DNA of 64,000 nucleotides from an uncultured Verrucomicrobiae bacterium (GCA_963707025.1 CAVPOM010000007.1:32001-96000), one strand, 5' to 3'; counted from the first letter of the stretch, positions 1-9,324 are shown. A program made the numbers and translations. Notes: generated by a model not told the origin, from the sequence alone.

Positions 1-252
1 GGGGAAAAAAGCCCAAGCCGACCGTTACGCCGCCGAAATCAAGAAGCTGGTTCCGCCGTGACCAGGTTCCGCCGGCCCGGCGGGAGAGGCAGGCGATTGT
101 CCGGGGAATCGCTTGCATACTGGTTGTAATGCCTGCTTAATCTCACCTTCAGTTCCGCCGATACAGTTGTGGATGTCGCCGTGCCGGTGAAAGATGGGCG
201 GGGAGGGGCGTTGTGTTCCCCGGGTTGATGGGTCGTCGTATCGGCCGCATGT

Positions 253-1818
253 GTGAGTATGAGTTTTGGCCGTGTCAATTCAGTCTTTTTAGCTGTCCTG
301 CTCCCCGGCTTGACGGGCGCAACGCCTGTCCGGGCGGGGGATGACGGCGTCCCTTTGCCGCACCCGGCCTGGCAGGCTGGCGGGGACATCTTCCTGGCGG
401 CGGCCGTGCCGCGCCCGTTTTACCAAACTCCGGCCTTTTATCTGGTGTGCGCGGCGGTGCTGCTGCTGGCTGGCTACGGGGGGTATTGCTGGATGGCCCG
501 CTGGCTGCGGCGGCGTCAGCAAGAGCGGGATCAGGAATTGTTTAAATTGATTGATGAATGGACCAAGAATTTGCAGCAGGAGGTGTTGGAGCGCAAACAG
601 GCGCAAAAAGCGCTGGTGGAAAGCCAGGAAATCGTCATGCGCCAGGAGCGCCTGGCCGCGGTGGGACAGATGGCCGCCGGCGTGGCGCACGAGTTCAACA
701 ACATCCTCACCGTCATTCAGGGTCATGCCGCCCTGCTCCTGGACAACCCCTCCCTGGACAAGGACTCCATCCAATCCCTGACCCAAATTACTTCGGGTGT
801 GGAACGGACGGCGAAGCTGATCCGGCAGATGCTGGCCTTCAGCCGCAAACAAGTCATGCAGCGCGAGGTGCTGGACTTGAACCACATCGCCACCAATGTC
901 ACCGACATGCTCGGCCCGTTGCTGGGGGAAAGCATTGTGGTGCGCCTGGATCTTTCGCCCAGCCCACTCATCGTCCTGGCCGACACCACCATGATTGAGC
1001 AGATTGTCGTCAATCTGGCTGTCAATGGCCGCGACGCCATGCCGCATGGCGGCGAGTTGACCATCTCCACCCGCAAGGTCAATCTGACCGAGGCCGATGT
1101 CCGGGCCAAAGCCGAGCGCCGCGCCGGCCAGTTCGCCCGCCTCAGCGTGACCGACACGGGATGCGGCATGGATGCCGCTGTGATTGACCATCTTTTCGAA
1201 CCGTTTTTCACCACCAAGGAAGTAGGCAAAGGCGTGGGCCTGGGCCTGGCCACCGTCTATGGCATGGTCAAACAGCACCAGGGCTGGATCGAGGTGGAAA
1301 GCCAGCCCGGCAAAGGCGCTTGTTTCCACATCACCCTGCCCTTCACTGGCAAGCGGGCCGAAGATCCGGCCGGGCGCGGGCCTCTGTCCTCGGTGCAAGG
1401 CGGCAAAGAAATCATCCTGGTCGTCGAGGATGAAATAGCCCTGCGCGAACTGGTGCGGGAAATTCTGGAAGGCCACGGCTACCACGTTTTGGAAGCCGGC
1501 TCCGGCGTGGAGGCGCTCCGCCTCTGGGAGGCCCAGGACCACAAAGTGGATCTCCTCCTCAGTGACATCGTCATGCCCGAAGGCATGTCTGGCCGGGAAC
1601 TGGCCGAACATCTCCAGAAAGCGGACCCCTGTCTGCCGGTCATTCTCACCAGCGGTTACAGCCAGGATATGATTGAGCGGGAGACGGTGCTGGATAACAG
1701 GATCAAGTTTTTCTCCAAACCCTATCACCCCGCCCAATTGGCCCAGGCCGTGCGCGACTGCCTGGACGCCCGCCACAGAAATGGCGACCGCGCCAAGGAT
1801 GTCGCCCTGCGGGCCTGA
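253..1818 (+). CDS. Hybrid sensor histidine kinase/response regulator (TM-HisKA-HATPase-REC)
   Basis: H-box AHEFNN, N-box NLAVNGRDAM, G-boxes DTGCGM and GKGVGLGL, C-terminal receiver VVEDE...DIVMP...KPY; one TM after RPFYQTPAF. Confidence 0.93.
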   Translation: MSMSFGRVNSVFLAVLLPGLTGATPVRAGDDGVPLPHPAWQAGGDIFLAAAVPRPFYQTPAFYLVCAAVLLLAGYGGYCWMARWLRRRQQERDQELFKLIDEWTKNLQQEVLERKQAQKALVESQEIVMRQERLAAVGQMAAGVAHEFNNILTVIQGHAALLLDNPSLDKDSIQSLTQITSGVERTAKLIRQMLAFSRKQVMQREVLDLNHIATNVTDMLGPLLGESIVVRLDLSPSPLIVLADTTMIEQIVVNLAVNGRDAMPHGGELTISTRKVNLTEADVRAKAERRAGQFARLSVTDTGCGMDAAVIDHLFEPFFTTKEVGKGVGLGLATVYGMVKQHQGWIEVESQPGKGACFHITLPFTGKRAEDPAGRGPLSSVQGGKEIILVVEDEIALRELVREILEGHGYHVLEAGSGVEALRLWEAQDHKVDLLLSDIVMPEGMSGRELAEHLQKADPCLPVILTSGYSQDMIERETVLDNRIKFFSKPYHPAQLAQAVRDCLDARHRNGDRAKDVALRA

Positions 1819-1821
1819 GGC

Positions 1822-4248
1822 TCACGGCCCCCGCAAAGTCAGGGTGGCGAAAATGGAGTTGGCCGTGTAATTGTTGGCTCCTCCGCTGGTCGGCTCCGCA
1901 TAATAATAATACCCATACTGCAGCTTGGCGGTGACGCGCTTTCCGAAACGGCGCGCCAGGCCGGCCGCCACCGCGTGTTGCCCGTACTCGATGCCCACCG
2001 GCATTCCGGCCGCATAATTGTTCTGGCCATAATCGGCCGCCGAGTAGGAATAGTTGGCGAACAGGTCGGTGTTCCGACCCAGGGAATAAGTGCCGTTGGC
2101 CAATACGCTGTAAATATCGCCGCGGTACGGAACCACCGCGGGCAGGCCATTGGCCGCGCTGATGGAGGTGGTGGGCTGGTAGGAGAAGCTGGCCGAGAGG
2201 CAGAGCCGGGGGCACGGCGTCAGCGTCGTGTTGATGGCATAAATCTGCGAAACATACTCGCCGGCGGCAATGGCGCCGCCCGGCGATATGCCGCCCTTGG
2301 CAGGGTCGGCGTCGGTCACGGTCGAATAGCCGGTGGTCAAGTATTGCCAGGACAAGGTGGATTTGAGCCAGGAGCAGGGATGTAAAACCAGTTTCGTTTC
2401 GATTTCATCGGTGAGCAGATCGCGCTCGCGGATGAACCCGGGATAGCCGATGGGCAGGGGCGCATTGCGGATGTCTTGATACTGGCTGTCGTTCTCATAG
2501 CGGCGGTAATGGGCGCTGAAGGAAACTCTCCGCCACGGCGAAGTGTTCAAGCCCAAGCGGAAGTCGGTCATTTGGCTGGCAAAGGCGGCGTTCTGGATAA
2601 AATCGTTGACCGGCTGCAGGTCGTAGTCGGACTGGCCGATGCTCTGCTGTTGCAAGCGCGCATCGGCGAACAGCACGGTATAGGGGATCCGGCTGTAGCG
2701 CAGGGCGGCGCTTTCCGAGACGGAAGCTTCGTCGTAATCCGAGGAGAGCGTGGAGAGGGCGAGCGGGCCGCTGGCGGGGGCCAGGGCGGTGCCGTTGGTA
2801 TAGATCGGATTCAGCAAGGCGCCGTCGCCGCCGAAACCGTGCTGGCGGGTCCACTCGCTTTCCACGCCGGCGGAGAAAGTCAACCCGTCAAACGGACCGA
2901 GCAGGCCGTTGGCGTTAAAGACATGCGACCGCTTTTCCAGGGTAATCTGCGGGACCACGTCCATCAAGGCGAGGTTGTTGTTGACGGTGGCATCCGTGAA
3001 GGAGGCATCGGAATTCAATCTGCTGTAGAGATAACCGGCGGAGCCGAAAAACCAATCGGTGAACTTCTTCTCCAACCGGAGGGTATTGGCCCCCTGAAAA
3101 TAACTGTTGCCTTCATGGGCGTTTTCCGTGGCGCTGTCGCGGGCGTCCAGGTTGGTGTAATGCGTGTTGAGGTTGTAAAACTCGCCGCGAAACCGTTCCG
3201 CGATGGCCACTCCGGCGACTTCATCCTCCAGGTCGAATTTGATGATGTTGACCTCCTCGTGGATATCCTTGCTGGCCGGGGCAAAATTGCGGCCGCCCCC
3301 GCCCGCGAAGGCGTTCCAATCGGTGGTCGCTTCCGACCCGTCCTTGTAATCCTGTTCGTAGCCCAACACCATTTGCGGCCAGTTCGGCAGGGTCAGGCCC
3401 AAATCCACCCAGGCCTTTCCGAGATCCAGGTGCAGATCACTCCCCAGGCTGGGAGCCGCCCGGCTCAACAACGGATCATAGCCGCCCGTGCCATCGAAAT
3501 ACTTCCGATACTGCTCCCAGCCGGACTGGATGAAGCCCAGATCGTTCTTGCGCAGGGAAAGGTCTAATTTGTAATCGTCCGCCAAGGCATGGCCGGCGAG
3601 GGCCAGCCGGGTGTCGGGCCCGGGGTGCTCGACCAAATCCAGTTGGCCCAGCCCGCCGTTGACCCCGTCCTTCTGCCAGTATTGTTCGCGAAACTTTTGG
3701 GCGTCTCCGCTGACAGCCGTGCCGCCGATGACGGGAGAGAGGGAGTAAGTGAACTTGTCCGCGGGCGCGCCGGCCTCCCAAGCCGCTCCCTGGTCAATCC
3801 AGGCGCGCAACAACCCGATTTGGACGGGAGTAAGAGGATCGCCCTTGCCGGGCGGCGGCATTTCCAAGTCCGGCACCAATTGGGCGACGTTATGGATCAG
3901 CGGACTTTTGGCGCTGGCCCCGGGGAGAATATCCACCCCGTTGTCGCCGCCCTTGAGGGCGTCCGGGCGATTGTCAAGACGAAATCGGCTCCGCGGTTTT
4001 TCCGGGCCGTGGCAGCGGATGCAGGACGCGCTCAGGATGGGCTTGATATCCCGGGCGAAATCAACCGTGACGGCGGCAGCCGGCGGCAGATTGGATTCAT
4101 CAATTTGGGCGGCGGCGGGAGCCGGGCGGAACAGGACGAGCAAAAGGCAGGCGCCCGCCGTCCAACCCCCGCCATGCCAGGCGGGGTGCGGCCAGGGAGG
4201 CCTGGGCCGGGCGCAGGCGTTTCCAGAATGAGCGCGCCGGCCTTTCAA
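1822..4248 (-). CDS. Outer-membrane beta-barrel (MtrB/PioB-like) with N-terminal planctomycete-type cytochrome c domain
   Basis: Signal-like segment, then DFARDIKPIL..CIRCHG..MPP..LLRAWIDQGA, then ~640 aa of aromatic-rich alternating beta-strand pattern; TTG start overlaps the multiheme cytochrome stop. Confidence 0.8.
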   Translation of the reverse strand: MKGRRAHSGNACARPRPPWPHPAWHGGGWTAGACLLLVLFRPAPAAAQIDESNLPPAAAVTVDFARDIKPILSASCIRCHGPEKPRSRFRLDNRPDALKGGDNGVDILPGASAKSPLIHNVAQLVPDLEMPPPGKGDPLTPVQIGLLRAWIDQGAAWEAGAPADKFTYSLSPVIGGTAVSGDAQKFREQYWQKDGVNGGLGQLDLVEHPGPDTRLALAGHALADDYKLDLSLRKNDLGFIQSGWEQYRKYFDGTGGYDPLLSRAAPSLGSDLHLDLGKAWVDLGLTLPNWPQMVLGYEQDYKDGSEATTDWNAFAGGGGRNFAPASKDIHEEVNIIKFDLEDEVAGVAIAERFRGEFYNLNTHYTNLDARDSATENAHEGNSYFQGANTLRLEKKFTDWFFGSAGYLYSRLNSDASFTDATVNNNLALMDVVPQITLEKRSHVFNANGLLGPFDGLTFSAGVESEWTRQHGFGGDGALLNPIYTNGTALAPASGPLALSTLSSDYDEASVSESAALRYSRIPYTVLFADARLQQQSIGQSDYDLQPVNDFIQNAAFASQMTDFRLGLNTSPWRRVSFSAHYRRYENDSQYQDIRNAPLPIGYPGFIRERDLLTDEIETKLVLHPCSWLKSTLSWQYLTTGYSTVTDADPAKGGISPGGAIAAGEYVSQIYAINTTLTPCPRLCLSASFSYQPTTSISAANGLPAVVPYRGDIYSVLANGTYSLGRNTDLFANYSYSAADYGQNNYAAGMPVGIEYGQHAVAAGLARRFGKRVTAKLQYGYYYYAEPTSGGANNYTANSIFATLTLRGP

Positions 4249-5054
4249 TAGAGGTAGAAGGGTTGAGTGTTGGAGCCGTGAATCGCGGTATGGCAGCCGG
4301 CCGTCCAGCAGGTGCCGTAACGGAGGAAACCGCTGTGGTCAACATTGCCGATAAAGAGCCGGCCCGGAGCCGCCCCCGGCCCCGGCACCTGGGCGTGGCA
4401 GCGCAGACACAGGTTGGCATCGCGCACCGTCAGCAGTTTGGGGTTGACCGAGCCGTGCGGATTGTGGCAACTGGCGCAACCTTCGCGCAACGCCGGATGC
4501 TCGAAAACCACCGGCTTGGTTTGTTCGCGGTGGCATTGGGCGCACGCTTCGTTCAACCGCGCCATGGCCAGTCCGCCCGCCGGCTTCAGGATGTCCTGGC
4601 CGTGGGGATCGTGGCATTGCACGCAGTTCATCTTGCCTTCGGTGACGGGATGGTGCTGGGGCAGATGGAATTCAGCCTGGATATCCAAGTGACATTGGAA
4701 ACAGGCGGCCGGGTCCTTGCCCGGATTGACAATGAAATTTACGCCCATCGCTCCCGTGGCCGCGTGTTTGCTGCCCGGGCCGTGGCAGGATTCGCAACCG
4801 TTCTGGCCCGCCATTTGCGATTGCTCCAGACGCAATCGGGCGTGGGGACTGGCCGGAAAAACCCGGGCAATCCCGGCGTGACAGTAGGCGCAGGCCTTGT
4901 CGCCGACAAAAGTTGCGCCCTCAATTTGCGGGGGAGCAAACACGGTCCCGCCCCCGGTGGAGCAGGAATTGAGCAACACAGCCAAGGCGCCGAGACCCGA
5001 GGCCAGCGCCAGCGCGGCGCGCCACCCCAGGCTTTTCGCTGTGGCAAAGCGCAT
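4245..5054 (-). CDS. MtrA/DmsE-like multiheme c-type cytochrome, probable lipoprotein
   Basis: 7 CxxCH (CAYCH, CESCH, CFQCH, CVQCH, CAQCH, CASCH, CLRCH) plus CWTAGCH; HxPHGS and HGSN motifs; lipobox-like LLNSC; ATG at 5054 overlaps the upstream TGA. Confidence 0.9.
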   Translation of the reverse strand: MRFATAKSLGWRAALALASGLGALAVLLNSCSTGGGTVFAPPQIEGATFVGDKACAYCHAGIARVFPASPHARLRLEQSQMAGQNGCESCHGPGSKHAATGAMGVNFIVNPGKDPAACFQCHLDIQAEFHLPQHHPVTEGKMNCVQCHDPHGQDILKPAGGLAMARLNEACAQCHREQTKPVVFEHPALREGCASCHNPHGSVNPKLLTVRDANLCLRCHAQVPGPGAAPGRLFIGNVDHSGFLRYGTCWTAGCHTAIHGSNTQPFYLY

Positions 5055-6076
5055 CAAGGGTTTGCCTGGCGAACGACCCGGTAATAGGCGGCGGCGCCTG
5101 CCGGCGCAGGGTCCGCAAAATGAACCGAGGCGGTGGAGGCGAGGTTGGTCAGAACCGGCGTCCAATTAATCAAGTTGGTGGACCTTTGGATCACATAAGA
5201 AAGTCCCACATTGGCGCTATAATTGAAGGAGAAATGGCTGGAGAGGACGGCGGGCGCGGAGTTGGAGACGGCGACCGGCGCAACCACGCTGACATTGACC
5301 ACCGCGGAAGTGGTGGAAATGCCCGCCGCGGTGGCGACGGCCGTGAGGGAGTAATTGCCGGCGGCCAGGCTGCTCCCGATCACGCTAAACGGGCTGGCCT
5401 GGGCTGAACCCAACAAGGTGGCGCCGGCAAAAAAGGCGACGTTGGTGACCGCGCCGGCGCTGACCGCGGCGCTGGCCCCCAGTTTCAGATTCGCCGGTGC
5501 GGCGAACACGGCTCCGGCGACCGGATTGGTGATGCTCACGGTTGGCGCAGGAGGTGTGACGGCGCCGGAGGTGGAGCGGGTGTAGGTGAAGCCGGCGCCC
5601 TGGTGGGTCCAGGAGCTGAACTCCACGGCAACGTAAATGTCGTCGGATTTGATATGGAGAACCAACGGGTTGTTCGGCAGGCTTAAGGACAAATCCCCGC
5701 CCTGCATCCCGCCAATCGCGTTGGCCCAGGTATCGTAGGTAAGGCTGGCGTAGTCGGTGATATCGCCAAAAGCCCATTCCGTATTCTCCGGGCTGGTATC
5801 GCCATTGTAAGAGGTCTCATTATAGGGAGGCGCGGCGTTGAACGGGGGGTGGTCCGTCCCGCGTGTAAACCAGACATCCGCTGTAATCTGGTCCACATTG
5901 GCGAGTTGTTCCGCCGCGGGCACACTGGTACTAAACGCGGCGGGTTGCGTGTAGTTGGTCGCGGGACCCATCCAGACTGTGGAGGCCTGGGCCAGCGGTG
6001 CGGTCAAGGTCATTAATATCAATCCTGCAGTTCGCAGAAAGCAGGCCGACAGAGCAAGATTCTTATTTTCATTCAT
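5054..6076 (-). CDS. Secreted/surface protein with Ig-like domain and verrucomicrobial-type C-terminal domain
   Basis: Signal peptide ending AQA; DQITADVWFTRG..SPENTEWA domain; PTVSITNP..VAFF Ig-like; C-terminal YVIQRSTNL..W..YYRV. Confidence 0.75.
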   Translation of the reverse strand: MNENKNLALSACFLRTAGLILMTLTAPLAQASTVWMGPATNYTQPAAFSTSVPAAEQLANVDQITADVWFTRGTDHPPFNAAPPYNETSYNGDTSPENTEWAFGDITDYASLTYDTWANAIGGMQGGDLSLSLPNNPLVLHIKSDDIYVAVEFSSWTHQGAGFTYTRSTSGAVTPPAPTVSITNPVAGAVFAAPANLKLGASAAVSAGAVTNVAFFAGATLLGSAQASPFSVIGSSLAAGNYSLTAVATAAGISTTSAVVNVSVVAPVAVSNSAPAVLSSHFSFNYSANVGLSYVIQRSTNLINWTPVLTNLASTASVHFADPAPAGAAAYYRVVRQANP

Positions 6077-6082
6077 ATCGGG

Positions 6083-6110
6083 TGAGATGAAATTATACCG
6101 GATTTGTTCC
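6083..6110 (-). promoter_or_regulatory. Putative ECF sigma promoter directly upstream of the cytochrome-porin operon
   Basis: GGAACAA-N16-TCTCA on the minus strand, ending 7 nt before the ATG at 6076. Confidence 0.55.
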
Positions 6111-6432
6111 TGAGATTTCAAGCTTTTTCCGAACCAAACTGTCCTCCGGCCCGTCCTGCTTCCAAAACGGCGGGGCCGGTGGAAAGTTCCCCTCCCGCTG
6201 GCGATTATTGGCCTCTCCCGGCGATGATCCCCGCCCACCTCGGCGCGATCCAGCGCGTGATGGGCACCTGTCCGCACCGGACCGCCTTGGAAACCCGGCC
6301 CAACCGGAGCCGAACCCGCAGGGCCCGTGCCCGCCATACGCCGGGAGCGGGTAAATTCCCGGCGCTCCGATGCAGGCACGGACCCACCCCAAAGGCTGGT
6401 TGCCGTCTCCTTCTCATCACACACCTCTCCCT

Positions 6433-6460
6433 TACGACGGGCCACCCGCTCATTTGTTCC
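6433..6460 (-). promoter_or_regulatory. Second putative ECF promoter facing the cytochrome operon
   Basis: GGAACAA-N16-TCGTA on the minus strand; shares GGAACAAAT with the 6110 site. Confidence 0.5.
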
Positions 6461-6531
6461 AAAATAAACCTCGCTTTTTCAGCGGCCTGTTGGGACATTG
6501 GATGCCATCACGCCCTTCATTAAGTCTTCTT

Positions 6532-6559
6532 GGAACTTTTTGCAGGTTCGTGACTCATA
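6532..6559 (+). promoter_or_regulatory. Putative autoregulatory ECF promoter of the sigma gene
   Basis: GGAACTT-N16-TCATA, close to the sigmaE-type consensus GGAACTT-N16-TCAAA, 15 nt before the ATG at 6575. Confidence 0.6.
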
Positions 6560-6574
6560 ATTACACACGGCTGT

Positions 6575-7099
6575 ATGCCAAGTCCGGATTTTGAAACCGT
6601 GGTGGCTGGCTATTATGAGCCGCTTTACCGGTTCGCCATCAGCTTGACGCGCTCGGAACCCGATGCCTGCGACCTGGTGCAGCAAACCTTTTATATGTGG
6701 GCGGCCAAAGGCCATCAATTGCGCGATCCGTCAAAAGTCAAATCCTGGCTGTTCACCACCCTGCATCGCGCCTTTCTCGAATCGCGCCGCGTCCTCACCC
6801 GCTTTCCTCATACCGAGTTGACGGACACTGAGCCTGACCTGCCCGTCATCCTGCCCGAAGCCGCCCGCCAATTGGACGCCACCCGGGCGGTCGAGGCCCT
6901 GAACCAGGTGGACGAGGTTTACCGCGCGCCGGTGGCGCTCTTTTACCTGGAAGACAGTTCTTACCAGGAGATTGCCGATATTCTGGAAGTGCCCATCGGC
7001 ACCGTCAAATCCCGCATGGCCCGAGGCTTGGCCCAACTCAAACACATCTTCGCCGGCAGCCGCCCGGCCCGCAGCAAACCCGGAGGCCCCCGTGAATAG
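6575..7099 (+). CDS. ECF RNA polymerase sigma factor
   Basis: Region 2 DACDLVQQTF..KSWLF; region 4 SYQEIADILEVPIGTVKSRMARG. Confidence 0.95.
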   Translation: MPSPDFETVVAGYYEPLYRFAISLTRSEPDACDLVQQTFYMWAAKGHQLRDPSKVKSWLFTTLHRAFLESRRVLTRFPHTELTDTEPDLPVILPEAARQLDATRAVEALNQVDEVYRAPVALFYLEDSSYQEIADILEVPIGTVKSRMARGLAQLKHIFAGSRPARSKPGGPRE

Positions 7100-7850
7100 T
7101 CCCGAAGCCAGGGAAATCCTCGCCCTCTTCCGACCGGGCACCGCTGACGAACAGGACCCGTCCTTTTACCAGGCCCGGCAACTGGCCAAAACCGACCCGG
7201 ACCTGGCGCGCTGGTTCGAGCAACATTGCCAGGCTTATCTGGTCCTGCGCCGCCAATTGCAAGCCATCCCCATCCCACCGGGCTTGCGCGAGCAAATCCT
7301 CTCCGAACGAAAAATCCAGCGTCCGCTTTTCCAAAGTTATTGGGGTCCCCTTCTGGCCGTGGCCGCCGTCGTGGCCTTGCTCATCGGCATTGAGTCCGGC
7401 TTCTGGCCGCTCCGCAACCCGGCCGACCGCTATTCGGCCTATCGCAAACGCATGACCGAATCCGCCCTGCGCATTTACTCCATGGATTTGACCGCGCCAG
7501 ACATGGCCTCGGTCCGCAACTTCCTCCAGGAGAAAAACGCCCCAACCGACTTCTCCCTGCCGGCCGGACTGCAGACCGCCGCCGTCGCCGGCTGCATGGT
7601 TTCCAGTTGGCAAGGCGGCCCGGTTTCCATGATCTGCTTCAAATCCGGCCGCCCCCTGTCCTCCGGCGATCAAAGCGATCTCTGGCTTTTTGTGACCGAC
7701 CGAAAGACCGTCCCCAATGCCCCTCCTCCGGGGCCGCCGGTCTTTGCCCGCGTCAACAAGGCGACCACCGCCGCTTGGTCCGACGACCACAAAAGCTACC
7801 TGCTGGCCGCGGTGGGTGACGAGGCGTTCATTCGCAAATACCTTCCCTGA
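7092..7850 (+). CDS. Putative membrane-anchored anti-sigma factor
   Basis: GTG at 7092 overlaps the sigma gene; N-terminal cytoplasmic part, single TM (LLAVAAVVALLIG), periplasmic domain with two Cys. Confidence 0.75.
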   Translation: MNSPEAREILALFRPGTADEQDPSFYQARQLAKTDPDLARWFEQHCQAYLVLRRQLQAIPIPPGLREQILSERKIQRPLFQSYWGPLLAVAAVVALLIGIESGFWPLRNPADRYSAYRKRMTESALRIYSMDLTAPDMASVRNFLQEKNAPTDFSLPAGLQTAAVAGCMVSSWQGGPVSMICFKSGRPLSSGDQSDLWLFVTDRKTVPNAPPPGPPVFARVNKATTAAWSDDHKSYLLAAVGDEAFIRKYLP

Positions 7851-8086
7851 GCGCCACGGGCCGGGGGGAAGGGCAAAAGGTTGAAGGCAAAATGCCCGGT
7901 TGCAGAAGCTCCGCCCATCCCCCGGCCAAGCTCCTGTTTGTCAATCAAAGTGAATCCACCGTGGCTTGGGCGCATTTTTCACAAGCTTTTTAGAATTGCC
8001 GGATTGCCCCGGAGCTTTACAATAGCCGCCATGAGTCGAATCTGCGAGATCGTCGTCCGCCCAATCCACCGCGGGAGAAGCACCCC

Positions 8087-9001
8087 ATGAAATCCCATTA
8101 CAGCCGCCGCCAATTCCTGCAACGTTCCGCCTTGGCCGCCGGCGCCCTGGCGCTGGCTCCGGGCGCGACGTTGCGCGCCCAAACCGCGGCCAAACGCACC
8201 GCGGTGGACGAGGTGACCCTCGGCCGGACCGGCCTCAAACTCAGCCGCCTCGGCATGGGCGCCGGCAGCAACAGCGGCCATGTGCAAACCGCCCTGGGCC
8301 GGGATGGGTTCGCCAAACTCATCCATTATGCTTATGACCAGGGCATCCGCTACTTCGACTGCGCCGAATCCTACGCCACCTTTGAGTGGATGGCCGAAGC
8401 CATCGAAGGGCTCCCGCGCGAGAAGCTCTTCCTTCAGTCCAAAATCGGCGGGCAACCCGCCGACGTGCTCGCGGCCATTGACCGCCATCGCAAGGTCTAT
8501 AACACCGATTATGTTGACAGCATGCTCATCCATTGCATGGTCAAAAACGGCTGGACCGGCGATTGGCGTCGCGTCATGGATGGTTTTGACCAGGCCCGGG
8601 AGAAGAAGTGGATTCGGGCCAAAGGCGTCTCCTGCCACAGCCTGCCCGCCTTGCGCGCCGCGGTCGCCTCGGATTGGACGGAGGTCCACTTGGTGCGCCT
8701 CAACCCCCAGGGCCGCCGCATGGACGGCCTGGAGGAAGTCGTCTGGTCCAGCACCGACCCCGGCCATGAGGTCGCCCCGGTTCTGGACGAATTGGAAAAA
8801 ATGCGCGCCAAAGGCCGCGGCGTCATCGGCATGAAAATCATCGGCGACGGCCAGTTCCTCAATCCGGCGGACCGCGAAAAATCCATCCGCTTCGCCATGT
8901 CCCGCCCGGAGCTGGACGCCGTCGTCATCGGCTTCAAGAGCACGGACGAAATTGACGAAGCGATCCGGCGCATGAACTCGGCGCTGGCCGCCCCGGCCTG
9001 A
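8087..9001 (+). CDS. Aldo/keto reductase family protein with Tat signal
   Basis: SRRQFLQ twin-arginine motif; LGRTGLKLSRLGMG, FDCAESY, KGVSCH. Confidence 0.88.
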   Translation: MKSHYSRRQFLQRSALAAGALALAPGATLRAQTAAKRTAVDEVTLGRTGLKLSRLGMGAGSNSGHVQTALGRDGFAKLIHYAYDQGIRYFDCAESYATFEWMAEAIEGLPREKLFLQSKIGGQPADVLAAIDRHRKVYNTDYVDSMLIHCMVKNGWTGDWRRVMDGFDQAREKKWIRAKGVSCHSLPALRAAVASDWTEVHLVRLNPQGRRMDGLEEVVWSSTDPGHEVAPVLDELEKMRAKGRGVIGMKIIGDGQFLNPADREKSIRFAMSRPELDAVVIGFKSTDEIDEAIRRMNSALAAPA

Positions 9002-9146
9002 GCGCCTGTCCCGCCCCGGAACCTGGCCCCGCTTGCTCCGGCCTCACGGCTCGAACTTGACGGGGACGGAGAGATCGAAACCAGCCGCCGTCACCTCTTC
9101 GGCATTGTGGAGGACGGCGCCGGCCCTCAGCCGCAACGATGCCATT

Positions 9147-9305
9147 GAACCACGGATGAACACAGATAAACACGGATAAGGCAAGGCGATGACGGGCTTT
9201 TCCCCGGGGCTGGACAGAGCTGCCAAATCGTGAGCGAACGGAGCACGGGGAAATCTCCTTTTCTGCGCCGTAGGATCCGCGTCCATCCGTGTTCATCAGC
9301 GGTTC
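9147..9305. repeat. Inverted tandem-repeat element with 10-nt units
   Basis: Left arm GAACCACGGATGAACACAGATAAACACGGAT; right arm ATCCGCGTCCATCCGTGTTCATCAGCGGTTC. Confidence 0.8.
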
Positions 9306-9324
9306 TCCTCTGCATGGATGCGGC

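Noticed and set aside
289..1776. Long antisense ORFs here and elsewhere (e.g. 12300-14138, 17230-18867, 25220-26587, 46849-48342, 49767-51551)
   Set aside because: Shadow ORFs of GC-rich genes; no recognisable motifs, and they lie opposite well-supported CDSs
6077..6445. N-terminal 123-aa extension of ORF 5054-6445
   Set aside because: The signal peptide begins at the ATG at 6076 and a promoter motif lies just upstream; the extension looks non-coding
9044..9315. Short ORFs 8934-9296, 9044-9286 and 9127-9315
   Set aside because: Mostly translations of the decamer repeat arms; I could not assign the ...FDLSVPVKFEP tail
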